Part shown: positions 9,371 to 18,613 of the stretch, piece after piece
Layout of the letters: each line of letters begins with the position of its first letter
Position numbering within the stretch: position 1 is the stretch's first letter
Source: a candidate division FCPU426 bacterium
GTDB taxonomy: Bacteria > Oederibacteriota > Muellerivitia > Muellerivitales > Muellerivitaceae
Length of the DNA: 64,000 bases
Direction of reading: 5' to 3'
Assembly: GCA_963719085.1 (NCBI GenBank)
Contig: CAVRAL010000005.1
Location: forward strand, 162,442 to 226,441
The notes under the pieces: model-generated
Told to the model about the DNA's origin: nothing
What the model saw: the letters and a program-made list of their open reading frames with translations, nothing else
Databases searched by the model: none
Translations under genes and position numbers: made by a program

Positions 9371-9880
9371 TTAGAAGTAATAATGCGCGCCTAATTCGCC
9401 GTAAATATCAAAGGTGGAATTCCCGCCATTGGGGAACCAAAGCGTCGGCACGGCCTGAAGATAGATATCAATCGGGACGTTGCGTTTGTCGAAGATGTAG
9501 GAGATACCCACGGGCAACCGAGCGGCGATTTCCACCGTGTTCTCCAGCACCAAGTTTCCGCCTAATCCGATGTAAAGCGGCATCTCGCCGTTCTGAATCT
9601 GGATAATGTCAAAATTGTGCCAAAGGTAATCCAACTGCAGGATCGCCGTTCCACCCTCGTCAAACTTCACCGCCGGTTGAAACGCGTTTTCCCGATCGAC
9701 CCAAATTTTGCCCGTAATGCCCCAGTTTCCCGGTTGGCCGAATTCCACGCCTAGGCCGAAATTGCCGCCATCGTTCGTGGGGTGATAATCCGAATATTCC
9801 GCCCGGACCGCCAGCGGCGTCAAAAATAATCCCGTCGCCAACAAGGCGGCGGATAAGCTTTTTTTAAAATTGAAAGACAT
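9371..9880 (-). CDS. Small outer-membrane beta-barrel (DUF3996-like)
   Basis: Signal peptide; FGLGVEFGQP, DYLWH, ARLPVGISY; ends GAHYYF. Confidence 0.75.
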   Translation of the reverse strand: MSFNFKKSLSAALLATGLFLTPLAVRAEYSDYHPTNDGGNFGLGVEFGQPGNWGITGKIWVDRENAFQPAVKFDEGGTAILQLDYLWHNFDIIQIQNGEMPLYIGLGGNLVLENTVEIAARLPVGISYIFDKRNVPIDIYLQAVPTLWFPNGGNSTFDIYGELGAHYYF

Positions 9881-9968
9881 TGCTTCCTCTTTTCATGCGG
9901 CTGTTGTTGGTGATTAAAAATCCGAAACCGAACCCCTGCCCTCGTAGGACAAAAGCCTTGCGACAAAC

Positions 9969-10328
9969 CTACTTGGCGGCCGCGGGCGCCGCCTGCTTCA
10001 CATCAGTTCCCTCGGTCGGAAATTCGGCGTCCGACCATTCCTTCATTCCGCCCGGATAATCCTCTGCCTCGAACCCCCTGGCCTTGAGGGCCTTGGCGGC
10101 CTCCGGACCCGCGTTGCACGTAAACCCGGCACAATAAGTGATCAGAAACCTAGTTTTTCCAAAACGCTTTTCGGCGGCTTGGACGAAATCCTCAGCCTTG
10201 AGTCCCAAGGGAAGGTTTTCGGAGCCCTTGATATGAAGCTTGGCGTATTCGGCGTCCGAAAGGACGTTTAAAACCACGACATTCTTTTCTTTCATCTTTT
10301 CCATTACGGCTTCTTTAGTCATGGACAT
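9969..10328 (-). CDS. Rhodanese-like domain protein
   Basis: HIKGSEN, YCAGFTC and YPGGMKEW motifs; start chosen at MSMTKE, which has a GAGGT RBS. Confidence 0.9.
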   Translation of the reverse strand: MSMTKEAVMEKMKEKNVVVLNVLSDAEYAKLHIKGSENLPLGLKAEDFVQAAEKRFGKTRFLITYCAGFTCNAGPEAAKALKARGFEAEDYPGGMKEWSDAEFPTEGTDVKQAAPAAAK

Positions 10329-10375
10329 AGGCTTTACCTCGCTTCGCTTTCCAGGCATCGGATGAGGTCCTGTAA

Positions 10376-10391
10376 AGCAAGTCTCATACCG
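10376..10391 (-). promoter_or_regulatory. Sigma-54 -24/-12 promoter P1 (drives the leftward ~10 kb block)
   Basis: Minus strand CGGTATGAGACTTGCT = GG-N10-GC. Confidence 0.75.
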
Positions 10392-10496
10392 CCGGGGTAA
10401 ACGAACACCGATTGAGCCGTTTTGTGGGCAGGCTTGCGTAAAAAACGATTTCGGTGGTTGCGTAAAATTATCGGCGGATATTTGAGGGAGGACGGT

Positions 10497-10534
10497 CTAT
10501 CACTTTGATCGGTCACGGACTATCAATTTGACGC
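10497..10534. promoter_or_regulatory. Tandem candidate enhancer (UAS) palindromes
   Basis: CTATCACTTTGATCG (10497-10511) and CTATCAATTTGACGC (10520-10534), about 107-145 bp upstream of P1. Confidence 0.65.
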
Positions 10535-10761
10535 GAGGAGTGGGCAATGCGGCCTGTCGGCGGCAAGTCCAGGAAAGCTGAATGCCCCTGGTGATCAAGG
10601 GTGGAATCCACCGGGCCGCTTTTCCCTTGGCCCTCGTATTTCATCGCCACAAAGATGACCAAAATCATCAGGCCCACCGTCGCCCAGTAGGAAAAACTGA
10701 CGCCTCTTTTCCGCCGGGGCGGAGGGTATAAAGGCTTTAGATCTTTTTCCTCGTCTTTCAT
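10513..10761 (-). CDS. Small single-TM hypothetical protein
   Basis: One hydrophobic helix; start overlaps the upstream YceI stop (ATGA). Confidence 0.55.
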   Translation of the reverse strand: MKDEEKDLKPLYPPPRRKRGVSFSYWATVGLMILVIFVAMKYEGQGKSGPVDSTLDHQGHSAFLDLPPTGRIAHSSRQIDSP

Positions 10762-11378
10762 TTCCGCTCCAATGAGATCCTGTAATGGACCACGACCTTG
10801 TCATCCGTAGTCAGAATGACGGCCGCGCTGTAGGGTGAAATGCCGTAATCCTTCTGGGAAACGTCCTGACTTCCGTATATCTGGATACCCCCCGTCCCGA
10901 GCACCATCGTGGGCTCCAAAACCACCGCCTTCTCAACTCCGCCGATCCTTAACCGGCCATAAACCATCAGGGCAAAAGTATTGAGGCTTCCCGGATAGGC
11001 CTTGATCACGTAATTCTCCAGGTTGAAAACAATATCGGGGAAATCCTCGGACTTAAGTTTTTCATAGGCGTTCAAATCCATATTGCGGTCGCCCGACTTG
11101 AGGCTTTTCACCGGGAGGGTCACCACCAGCCGGTGTCCCCGGCGGTTGAGGATCACGGCCAATAAGGTCTTAAGCGTGGAACCCGTATTCAGGTCGCTTT
11201 GGACCGAAATTCCCTCGGCCGTGAGGTAATAGCGCTGGAGCGAGGAATTTCCCTCAAGCCAAACCTGGGCCTGGATCAGGGAATCCGGGGCCGGTTTTAC
11301 CTCGGCCTTCGAGGAACAACCCGGCGCCACGGCCGCCAAGGCCAAAACCACCGCCAAAAATAAACCCTGCTTTTTCAT
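10758..11378 (-). CDS. YceI family lipoprotein
   Basis: Lipobox APGC; LEGNSSL, LKSGDRNMDLNAY, FPDIVF, DYGISP. Confidence 0.8.
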   Translation of the reverse strand: MKKQGLFLAVVLALAAVAPGCSSKAEVKPAPDSLIQAQVWLEGNSSLQRYYLTAEGISVQSDLNTGSTLKTLLAVILNRRGHRLVVTLPVKSLKSGDRNMDLNAYEKLKSEDFPDIVFNLENYVIKAYPGSLNTFALMVYGRLRIGGVEKAVVLEPTMVLGTGGIQIYGSQDVSQKDYGISPYSAAVILTTDDKVVVHYRISLERK

Positions 11379-11439
11379 CGTCCTAACCTTTTCATGCGAT
11401 TCCCCTCGAGTTAAAAGCAATCTCCTGCTGCACCCACAA

Positions 11440-11455
11440 AGCAAGGAACGTGCCT
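11440..11455 (-). promoter_or_regulatory. Sigma-54 promoter P2
   Basis: Minus strand AGGCACGTTCCTTGCT. Confidence 0.85.
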
Positions 11456-11534
11456 CTCCCTGTCGGCCGGCCCATCATTCCGAACGGGCTAATAAAGAAA
11501 AATAGAATCATGGATGAAGCTAGCGCCGTCGAAG

Positions 11535-11549
11535 CGATCAAAATGATCT
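11535..11549. promoter_or_regulatory. Candidate UAS shared by divergent P2/P3
   Basis: CGATCAAAATGATCT, about 81-82 bp from each -24 GG. Confidence 0.7.
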
Positions 11550-11629
11550 CCACTTATGTCATTTCGGTTAATTTCGGGGGCCACACCCTCGAAAGGGGCA
11601 CAAAACAAGTCAACCGCCCCCGGGACGAA

Positions 11630-11645
11630 CGGCTCGCTTCTTGCT
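11630..11645 (+). promoter_or_regulatory. Sigma-54 promoter P3 (pirin)
   Basis: CGGCTCGCTTCTTGCT. Confidence 0.75.
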
Positions 11646-11752
11646 TTAAAAGAAGCGTATTTCTTTTTCTCGCGGCCGAATCGGCGGTCCATTTTTTAAA
11701 TCCATCCAGCTGAAAAAGACAGGTCGATCATGAAAATCCGGGGAGTGAAAAA

Positions 11753-12451
11753 ATGATAACCGTTCGAAAATCCGAGGAACGCCGCCATATCGTCGCCGGG
11801 AGCCAAGCCACTTGGATGACCTTTGATTGGGAAAACACCGCAGACCGCTTCCGGGAAGGATTCGGCGTCCTCAAGATTTTCAACGAGGAAATTCTTTCGC
11901 CGGGCCGGGGCTTTATTCTTCATACGCACAAGGACATGGTGGTAGTCACTTATGTCCAAGAAGGCGTAGTGGTCTTCAATGGGCCGGGGGAAAGGACGGG
12001 CCTATTAGCCTCCGGAGAAGTCCAGCAGATGAAGATCACGACCGGAGCCAAACGATTCACCTTCAACACCATGCCCGATGACAATGCGCATGTTTTCCAA
12101 AGCGGTTTCGCGCCCGGGACGGATACGGAAGAAATCGCCGGGGAAAAAAAGCTCTTCACCCTGGCGGAGCGCCGAGGGATCCTCCGGCTGATCGCTTCCC
12201 CGGACGGGAAAGAGTCTTCCTTGAAGATCCAGCAGGACGTTCAAATGTACTCCACGCTTTTGCATAAGGGAAACCACATGATCCACGAAATGAAACCCGG
12301 GCGAAAGGCCTGGCTCCACGTGGTTTCGGGCAAAATATTGTTGGACGGGCTGGATCTTAAAACAGGGGACGGCGTCGGGCTCTCCGAGGAAATAGCCGTT
12401 TCTTTCACAGCCCAGGAACCCACCGAGATTTTGCTTTTCGACCTGCCGTAA
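11753..12451 (+). CDS. Pirin-family bicupin (YhhW-like), metal site partly degenerate
   Basis: GFGVLKIFNEE, HTHKDM, LIASPDG, IQQD, AWLHVVSG, EILLFDL. Confidence 0.9.
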   Translation: MITVRKSEERRHIVAGSQATWMTFDWENTADRFREGFGVLKIFNEEILSPGRGFILHTHKDMVVVTYVQEGVVVFNGPGERTGLLASGEVQQMKITTGAKRFTFNTMPDDNAHVFQSGFAPGTDTEEIAGEKKLFTLAERRGILRLIASPDGKESSLKIQQDVQMYSTLLHKGNHMIHEMKPGRKAWLHVVSGKILLDGLDLKTGDGVGLSEEIAVSFTAQEPTEILLFDLP

Positions 12452-12470
12452 CTTAATAAGCAAAACCTTT

Positions 12471-12585
12471 TTTAACCATAGATGCACACGGATGCACACA
12501 GATTACAAAATTAAATATTTTTTTCCTTTGTTGGTTTTAAGGCTTGAACCCAATCTGGGCTAATCCGTGTGCATCTGTGGTTAAA
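12471..12585. repeat. Palindromic element with 10-bp subrepeats (GATGCACACR) between convergent genes
   Basis: Arms TTTAACCATAGATGCACACGGATGCACACAGATT and AATCTGGGCTAATCCGTGTGCATCTGTGGTTAAA. Confidence 0.8.
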
Positions 12586-12611
12586 CCATTTTATTTTTCG
12601 TTTCTGTGGAT

Positions 12612-14240
12612 TTATTCCTTCAATCGATCCAGCAACTTGTAGGCCTTGAGCTTGCGGTAAAGCGTCGCCACGCCCATGCCCATCAAATCGGCGGCCATCC
12701 GGCGGTTGCCCCCGGTTTTTTCCAAGGCTCCCAGGATGCAGTCTTTTTCGACGTCCTTCAAAAACCGCGGCACTCCCTTATCCGAAACCAATGGCAGTAC
12801 CAAGCGAACCTCCGGGGGAAGATCCCCCACATCCACCCGCTTACCCTTGGACACCGCGACCGCCCGTTCCATGGCGTTGGCCAACTCACGCACATTTCCG
12901 GGCCAAAGATAAGTTAATAATTGGTCCGCTGCCGCCGCGGTCAAACCCTCCACGTCCCGTTTCATCTGAATGGCGGCGTCCGCCAAGAGCAGGCGGGCCA
13001 AGGGCAGGATGTCTTCCCGGCGCCCGCGCAAAGGCGGAACCGCCAGCTCCACCACATTCAAACGGTAGTAAAGGTCCTCCCGGAATAGTTTTTGCGTGAT
13101 TTCGTTTTTTAAATTCTTATTGGTCGCGCTTAAGACCCGCACGTTGATGGGACGGCTTTTATTTTCCCCGACCCGCCGCACTTCCCGTTCTTGGATCGCC
13201 CGAAGTAGTTTCACCTGCATGGGCAGGGAAATTTCACCGACTTCGTCCAGCAAAAGGGTACCGCCGTTGGCCGCCTCAAAAAGACCCGGCCGATCCGACG
13301 TGGCGCCCGTAAAGGCCCCCCGGGCATGCCCGAAAAGTTCGCTCTCCAATAAGGTCTCGGTGATGGCACCGCAATTGACGGCAATGAAGGGGCCGTCCGA
13401 ATGGGCGGAATGGTCATGGACAAAACGCGCGATCCGTTCCTTGCCCGTGCCGCTCTCCCCGGTGATCAACACCGTGGAATCGATGGGGGCGATCGTCTTG
13501 GCCAAATCCATGAGCTTGCGCATATCGGGACTGCGCGCCATCAAATCCGCCGGGTCGTCCGGTATTTTTGCCAGGACGGCCAGTTTCCTCTTTTTGTCCC
13601 GCAGCTCCGTCTCGGCGTTTTTCAAACGGTTCGTGACATCCCGCAGCGCCTCGTCTATTTCCACCCGTTTAAAAACCGCCACATCCCCGCCCGATTGGCT
13701 TTGCCACTCGGCTTCGGATTTGATCATCACATGGCAGACCGGATCGCCCTTGCCGATGCATTTGTCCTCGAGCGCGAAAAGATCCTTATCCAGGGAAAAA
13801 CTCAAATAACCGCTGATGAAACCGCAAAGGTTCCAACAAACGGGCTTGTCCGACCGTCCCTTTAAAAGCAATTGCTGTTCCGCCTCGTAAGAAACGCGCC
13901 AAGTCCCGCCTTCGGGACCGAAAACGTCCAGGCTGTCGGGATCTAATAAAAAAAGCCCCTGGAGCGCCAGGATTCGGGCGCCTGCTCGGCGCCAATCCAA
14001 CTCGCTGTCCCATTTGAATTTGGATTTCAAAGCCATGGCCATTCGCCGGCCGTGGATATACCCAAAACGGCTCATGATGCCTTGGGCGGTCCTTTCGCCG
14101 AATGAATCGACTAATTCTTTCTGGAGCAGGCCATGGGAAAGCGCGTCACAAATGACGGCTCTTTGGCCCGCGAAGCGGACTACGCCCTCCTCGGGTTTCA
14201 GCTCTAAAAGTTCCTTCAAGTCCAAATCTTCAGCTCGCAT
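12612..14240 (-). CDS. Sigma-54 enhancer-binding protein: XylR-N/V4R sensor + AAA+ + Fis HTH
   Basis: GESGTGKE, GAFTGA, LLLDE, FREDLYYRL, WPGNVREL, C-terminal HTH; V4R cysteines PVCW...EDKC...PVC. Confidence 0.95.
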   Translation of the reverse strand: MRAEDLDLKELLELKPEEGVVRFAGQRAVICDALSHGLLQKELVDSFGERTAQGIMSRFGYIHGRRMAMALKSKFKWDSELDWRRAGARILALQGLFLLDPDSLDVFGPEGGTWRVSYEAEQQLLLKGRSDKPVCWNLCGFISGYLSFSLDKDLFALEDKCIGKGDPVCHVMIKSEAEWQSQSGGDVAVFKRVEIDEALRDVTNRLKNAETELRDKKRKLAVLAKIPDDPADLMARSPDMRKLMDLAKTIAPIDSTVLITGESGTGKERIARFVHDHSAHSDGPFIAVNCGAITETLLESELFGHARGAFTGATSDRPGLFEAANGGTLLLDEVGEISLPMQVKLLRAIQEREVRRVGENKSRPINVRVLSATNKNLKNEITQKLFREDLYYRLNVVELAVPPLRGRREDILPLARLLLADAAIQMKRDVEGLTAAAADQLLTYLWPGNVRELANAMERAVAVSKGKRVDVGDLPPEVRLVLPLVSDKGVPRFLKDVEKDCILGALEKTGGNRRMAADLMGMGVATLYRKLKAYKLLDRLKE

Positions 14241-14446
14241 GTAAAGTTCCTTGGGTAAAACATTGACCGGTTATTTGGCATTCATAAATGGCGTGGTTGG
14301 GAGGCCCGGGAGGGTTGAACCAATCGTGGATGAAAAATTGGCCCGAATTCGCTTAGGACATTTTGCCGGGGCTATCAATCAAAAACAAAACCGTCTTTGA
14401 CCTAGATGATCGTACTCTCATTGCGAGCGTAAAGCATCAGCGCGGA

Positions 14447-15160
14447 TCATTTTGGTTGAGATTTTTTTGTCCGCCGGACTATCGAATTGATAGGCTTTTT
14501 CTTGGGCTTAGCTATTTCATCCGCGCGCTTGGAATGAGCCCGCGGCGTGAAGCGTTGAAAGTTTTCGAAAAAGTCGCGGATGGACCGCCGCAAAAACCAG
14601 ACCAAGCCGCAAAGGGCGGTGCCGACGACGATGCTGTAAAGCGCCACCGGGCCCAGCCAACTTTTAAAATGTTCCCATCGCTGTCCGAAAAAATATCCCG
14701 TGAGGGTGTAGAGCGTGGCGTAAGCCGCGGCCCCCGCCAGGTTATAAAAAAGAAAAGGACGAAGGGGAGTTTTCCCTAAGCCCGCCAAAAGACCGGTGAC
14801 CGGATGGAGCAAAGCCACGAACCGGGCGAAAAAAACGGCCTTCGCGCCGTATTTCTCGAAAAAATTTTCCAGATGTACCACCCGCTCCGGGGTGATTTGG
14901 AGCCAGCGCATTTTTTTCAGGAAAAATCGGCGGCCATAATGGAAGCCAAGCCAATAGGAACCATTCCCCCCCAAAAAACAGGCCAGGGTCCCGGTCGCCA
15001 CAACCGCCCACCCCATTAAAATCCCTTTTCCCGCAAGAAACCCGCCCCCCAACAGCATGGAATCACCCGGAATAGGCAAACCCAAGTTGTTTAAAAAGAC
15101 GACGAGAAAAATTACCCAATAGCCCTGGTGGGCCAATAGCGCTTGTAACCAGTGAAACAT
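14447..15160 (-). CDS. DedA family membrane protein
   Basis: GLPIPGD, YG...AVFFARF, FLFYN motifs. Confidence 0.9.
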   Translation of the reverse strand: MFHWLQALLAHQGYWVIFLVVFLNNLGLPIPGDSMLLGGGFLAGKGILMGWAVVATGTLACFLGGNGSYWLGFHYGRRFFLKKMRWLQITPERVVHLENFFEKYGAKAVFFARFVALLHPVTGLLAGLGKTPLRPFLFYNLAGAAAYATLYTLTGYFFGQRWEHFKSWLGPVALYSIVVGTALCGLVWFLRRSIRDFFENFQRFTPRAHSKRADEIAKPKKKPINSIVRRTKKSQPK

Positions 15161-15358
15161 CCGGAAGGCTCCTTTAAACCATCACCGGCTTGGATTTGCC
15201 CGGGGCGAAATTTCGGCAAGCCAAGTTTATCACGCGGTTATTGAGGCGGAGCCGGGCCTAGGGTCTGGCCCACGACATTAGCGCCAATCCCCGGTCATTC
15301 GGCCGGTTTCTGGAAATTGATCTGATTTTATTCGCGTTGGGCCTATTTACCCGATGGC

Positions 15359-16741
15359 CTAGGCCGGCGCGTCGATCGCCGCGACGCGGACAAGTTTCTT
15401 GTTCACGAACTCCTGGATGCCCAAGCTGGAAAGCTCCCGGCCATAGCCGGAATTCTTGATTCCACCGAATGGCAAATCCGCGGTTGTCCAAGTCGGGTGG
15501 TTGACGAAGACCATGCCCGTATCGACACAGCTTGCCACGCGCTTGCCGCGCGCCACATCTTTAGTAAAAACCGATCCACCCAACCCGAATTCGGAGTCAT
15601 TGGCCAGTTCAATGGCCGCCTTCTCGTTTTTTACGCGAAAAAAAAGGGCGACAGGCCCAAAAAACTCCTCCCGAAAAGCCGGATTATCGGGTTTGATATC
15701 CGACAGGATCGTTGGCTGCATAAAAGCTCCCGTGCGGTTGATCCGCTGGCCGCCCATCACTAGGGTGGCGCCCTTGGCGACGGCTCGTTTCACTTGATCG
15801 AGTAATTTAGTCAAGGCCCCTTCGGTGGAAAGCGGCCCCAGCGTGGTGGCTTTGTCCATGGGGTCCCCCGGTTTGAGCGCGGCTAAAGCCGTTTTGAATT
15901 TATCCAAAAATCGGTCGGCCAGTTCCTCCACCACGATGATCCTTTTGGCAGCCACGCAGCACTGGCCGGTATTGTTCATCTTACCCCAAACCGCCCAATC
16001 CACCGTTTTCTCCAAATCCGCGTCCTCGAGAACAATGAAAGCGTCGCTGCCGCCCAATTCCATGGTCGATTTTTTGAGGTTCAGCCCGGCCCTTCCAGCA
16101 ACGACTTTTCCCGCTTCCACGCTGCCGGTCAAAGCCACGCCCTTGATCCGGGGATCGTCGATCACCCGGTTCACTTGGTCGTAGGAAATGAAAAGATTGG
16201 TATAAGCGCCGGCGGGAGCTCCCGCCTCGATCCATAATTTTTCAAAGGCGAGGGCGCATTGAGGAACGCACCCCGCGTGCTTCACCATCACCACGTTACC
16301 CGCCATCAGGTTGGGCGCGGCGAACCGGGCCAGTTGATAGTAAGGAAAGTTCCAGGGCTCCACGCCGAAAAGCACGCCAAAGGGCGCGCTTTCAATCTCC
16401 GCCTCACCCGAGCTTGGCTTAAGGGTTTGGGGCGCCAAAAACCGCTCGGCGTTTTCCGCGTAATACTCAATGATGTCCGCGCTGAGCGCCACTTCCCCGC
16501 GGGCTTGGTCGATGAGTTTTCCCATCTCCAGCGTTACCGGGGCGGCGAACTCGTCGACGCGGGCGCGCATGATCGACGCGGCTTTGGCCACAATGACCGC
16601 CCGTTCAGCGAAAGTTTTATGTTTCCAAGTTTCGAAACAGGCTTGGGCCGCGGCCAACGCCGTCTCCAACTGTTGGTCGGTGATTTCCTCGAATTCTTTT
16701 GAGATTTTTCCGTCGTAGGGATTAACACTTTGATAAGCCAT
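15359..16741 (-). CDS. NAD(P)-dependent succinate-semialdehyde dehydrogenase-like aldehyde dehydrogenase
   Basis: PWNFP, TGS, MELGGSD, GQCC, EEFFGP, PFGGIKNSGYGRE. Confidence 0.93.
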   Translation of the reverse strand: MAYQSVNPYDGKISKEFEEITDQQLETALAAAQACFETWKHKTFAERAVIVAKAASIMRARVDEFAAPVTLEMGKLIDQARGEVALSADIIEYYAENAERFLAPQTLKPSSGEAEIESAPFGVLFGVEPWNFPYYQLARFAAPNLMAGNVVMVKHAGCVPQCALAFEKLWIEAGAPAGAYTNLFISYDQVNRVIDDPRIKGVALTGSVEAGKVVAGRAGLNLKKSTMELGGSDAFIVLEDADLEKTVDWAVWGKMNNTGQCCVAAKRIIVVEELADRFLDKFKTALAALKPGDPMDKATTLGPLSTEGALTKLLDQVKRAVAKGATLVMGGQRINRTGAFMQPTILSDIKPDNPAFREEFFGPVALFFRVKNEKAAIELANDSEFGLGGSVFTKDVARGKRVASCVDTGMVFVNHPTWTTADLPFGGIKNSGYGRELSSLGIQEFVNKKLVRVAAIDAPA

Positions 16742-16876
16742 GATTGTGTTCCTTTCAAATCAACAGGTGCGAGGTGAACAAATGCGGGTTTAGGTTTATT
16801 TCATAGAGCGGGCGCCCGCGCAAAGCCAAGATCAAATCGCCTGGGTCGCCCATCTTTTCCAGTCCCAAGTTTCAGT

Positions 16877-17647
16877 TCAACGGGAGCGTTTTTCCGAAGC
16901 CAATTCCTCAGCCCAATAACCCTGACGGTTGTAATGCCGGTGCAATCCAGCCTCATATTCCCGGGTCACGAGAGAATCCTCGGTGTAAGCGGGCGATTTT
17001 CGGATAGTTTCCCGGGAAAGATTGATGAATACCTTCGATTTTTCCCAGCTCACACTCTCAATCCATTGGGTGGGCATCAGCACCTTTTTTCCCGGCCACC
17101 AGTCCCCTGTATCGATTACCAAATAGCGGACCGCCCATTTTTCGTCATCGAGGATAAAATCATCAACATGGCCGATCTCGCCGTCGGAGGCTTCCAGGGC
17201 GTGGCCCGTCACCGATTGGGTGCTGCGCAAATGCTGATCCCATGCTTTCCGAACCGGCGCGGGGCCCTTTTGTTTTTCATCCTCACGAATGAGACCAGGG
17301 GTGGTGCCCCACATATAGGGACCGCCCCAATACATCGGCCACCCGAAAAATCCATAATATTCCTCCTCGAATTGCCGCGAGACCGGTTTGTCGCTGTCCA
17401 AGGTCGGACTATCCTCGATTTGCTTCTTGGTCAATTCAACCGTAATACTTTGCTCTTCCTCATTCACGCCGGCCAAGGCATAGGGCGAAATCAAAACCTG
17501 CCGCCCCGTCAACCAATGTCCTGTATCGGCGACCAAGTAGCGGACCGTCCAATGGTGGTCATCAAAATAAAATTCCTCAACCCGTCCGATTTTTCCGTCG
17601 TTGGCGTGCAATTGATAACCCTTCAACGTTTTTATTTTGTGGAGCAT
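16877..17647 (-). CDS. Tandem PRC-barrel domain protein
   Basis: Two repeats of DG.IG.V.(E/D)F..DD..W.VRYLV.DTG.W.. Confidence 0.92.
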   Translation of the reverse strand: MLHKIKTLKGYQLHANDGKIGRVEEFYFDDHHWTVRYLVADTGHWLTGRQVLISPYALAGVNEEEQSITVELTKKQIEDSPTLDSDKPVSRQFEEEYYGFFGWPMYWGGPYMWGTTPGLIREDEKQKGPAPVRKAWDQHLRSTQSVTGHALEASDGEIGHVDDFILDDEKWAVRYLVIDTGDWWPGKKVLMPTQWIESVSWEKSKVFINLSRETIRKSPAYTEDSLVTREYEAGLHRHYNRQGYWAEELASEKRSR

Positions 17648-17922
17648 GAATTTTCCTTTCGCGGCTTGAATTAGGTTTTGTTCGATTGTTTTCAACTCCC
17701 TGAAAAATTAGGGATTGGTCTTTTCGGGCAAAGCGGCCAGGTCATTAGCGTGCTCCTCTTCCAACCTCAAAATGGTTTCCACCAGTTGGCCCGGCATCCA
17801 TTAGTGACGGCCCCCTTCTGGATATGTTTCGTGCCCTTTCGCAGATATCTTGGAGGTTTTGGGCAAAATTGCCTTTAGGCATAAAGTATCCATTATTCAT
17901 AACCGTTGCGGACCTTAGCTAA

Positions 17923-17938
17923 AGCAAGGAACATGCCC
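17923..17938 (-). promoter_or_regulatory. Sigma-54 promoter P4
   Basis: Minus strand GGGCATGTTCCTTGCT. Confidence 0.8.
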
Positions 17939-18043
17939 TTTGGCCTTGGCGCGGCTGCCCTCCCAAATCCCTTCTAATCGACAATGGAAAACCCCATCGA
18001 GGATCGGCCGAGGGCCCGGGAGTACTTTTCAGCGATCGCCGAA

Positions 18044-18078
18044 GAATCAAATCGATATTTACGCTCTCGCTTTGATCT
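18044..18078. promoter_or_regulatory. Tandem candidate UAS between divergent P4/P5
   Basis: GAATCAAATCGATAT (18044-18058) and CTCTCGCTTTGATCT (18064-18078); imperfect matches. Confidence 0.55.
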
Positions 18079-18126
18079 TTCCGCGAATAATCTCATCGAA
18101 ATTCCATCTTCAACTCCAACCACATA

Positions 18127-18142
18127 CGGCTTGTTTCTTGCT
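18127..18142 (+). promoter_or_regulatory. Sigma-54 promoter P5 (DUF2934-OMP, possibly cgs)
   Basis: CGGCTTGTTTCTTGCT. Confidence 0.75.
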
Positions 18143-18200
18143 TCACTTATAGAAGAAGTGCCGGGCCGAAAGACTCGAGTTACCATCAAAGGAAGTTCCT

Positions 18201-18398
18201 GTGTCCAACCTAAAAATCGTCAAAAACACTCCCTCTCCCAGCCGCGCGGAAACAACCCAACAGATCGAGGAAACCGCTTATTACAAATGGTTGGACCGCG
18301 GGCGTCTTTCACAAGTCTCCGACGAAGTCAACGATTGGATCGAGGCCGAAAAGGAAGTAAGGGCCCGGCTCAAAGCCGCTCCCCACGGTCCCTCGTGA
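18201..18398 (+). CDS. DUF2934 domain protein
   Basis: IEETAYYKWLDRGR...DWIEAEKEV; AAGGA RBS before GTG. Confidence 0.85.
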   Translation: MSNLKIVKNTPSPSRAETTQQIEETAYYKWLDRGRLSQVSDEVNDWIEAEKEVRARLKAAPHGPS

Positions 18399-18610
18399 AA
18401 AGTTTCGAGTTAAACCAGCGGGTTGGTAATTTAAAAACCGATAAAGTCGGGAAAATCGCTTCCCTGTTTTTCAAAGCCCACAGCGGGGACTTCAATGGAT
18501 TCGTGGTCCTTACCGATCATTACGGTTACGAGGTTTGGGACGCGTCCGTCACCATCCTGTTACCCCCGGATTTCGAAACGGCGCTCCCCGTCCCCGAAAC
18601 CGAGGCCTAA
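18395..18610 (+). CDS. Small hypothetical protein (possibly SH3-like beta fold)
   Basis: GTG overlaps the DUF2934 stop (GTGA); ends 3 nt before the next ATG; true part of ORF 17984..18610. Confidence 0.55.
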   Translation: MKSFELNQRVGNLKTDKVGKIASLFFKAHSGDFNGFVVLTDHYGYEVWDASVTILLPPDFETALPVPETEA

Positions 18611-18613
18611 CCC

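Noticed and set aside
17745..17900. 51-aa minus-strand ORF (MNNGYFMPKG...) just after P4
   Set aside because: No recognisable motif or clear RBS; may be only a 5' leader.
17984..18394. N-terminal part of ORF 17984..18610
   Set aside because: Overlaps the UAS/P5 region and the DUF2934 gene; a GTG start at 18395 fits better.
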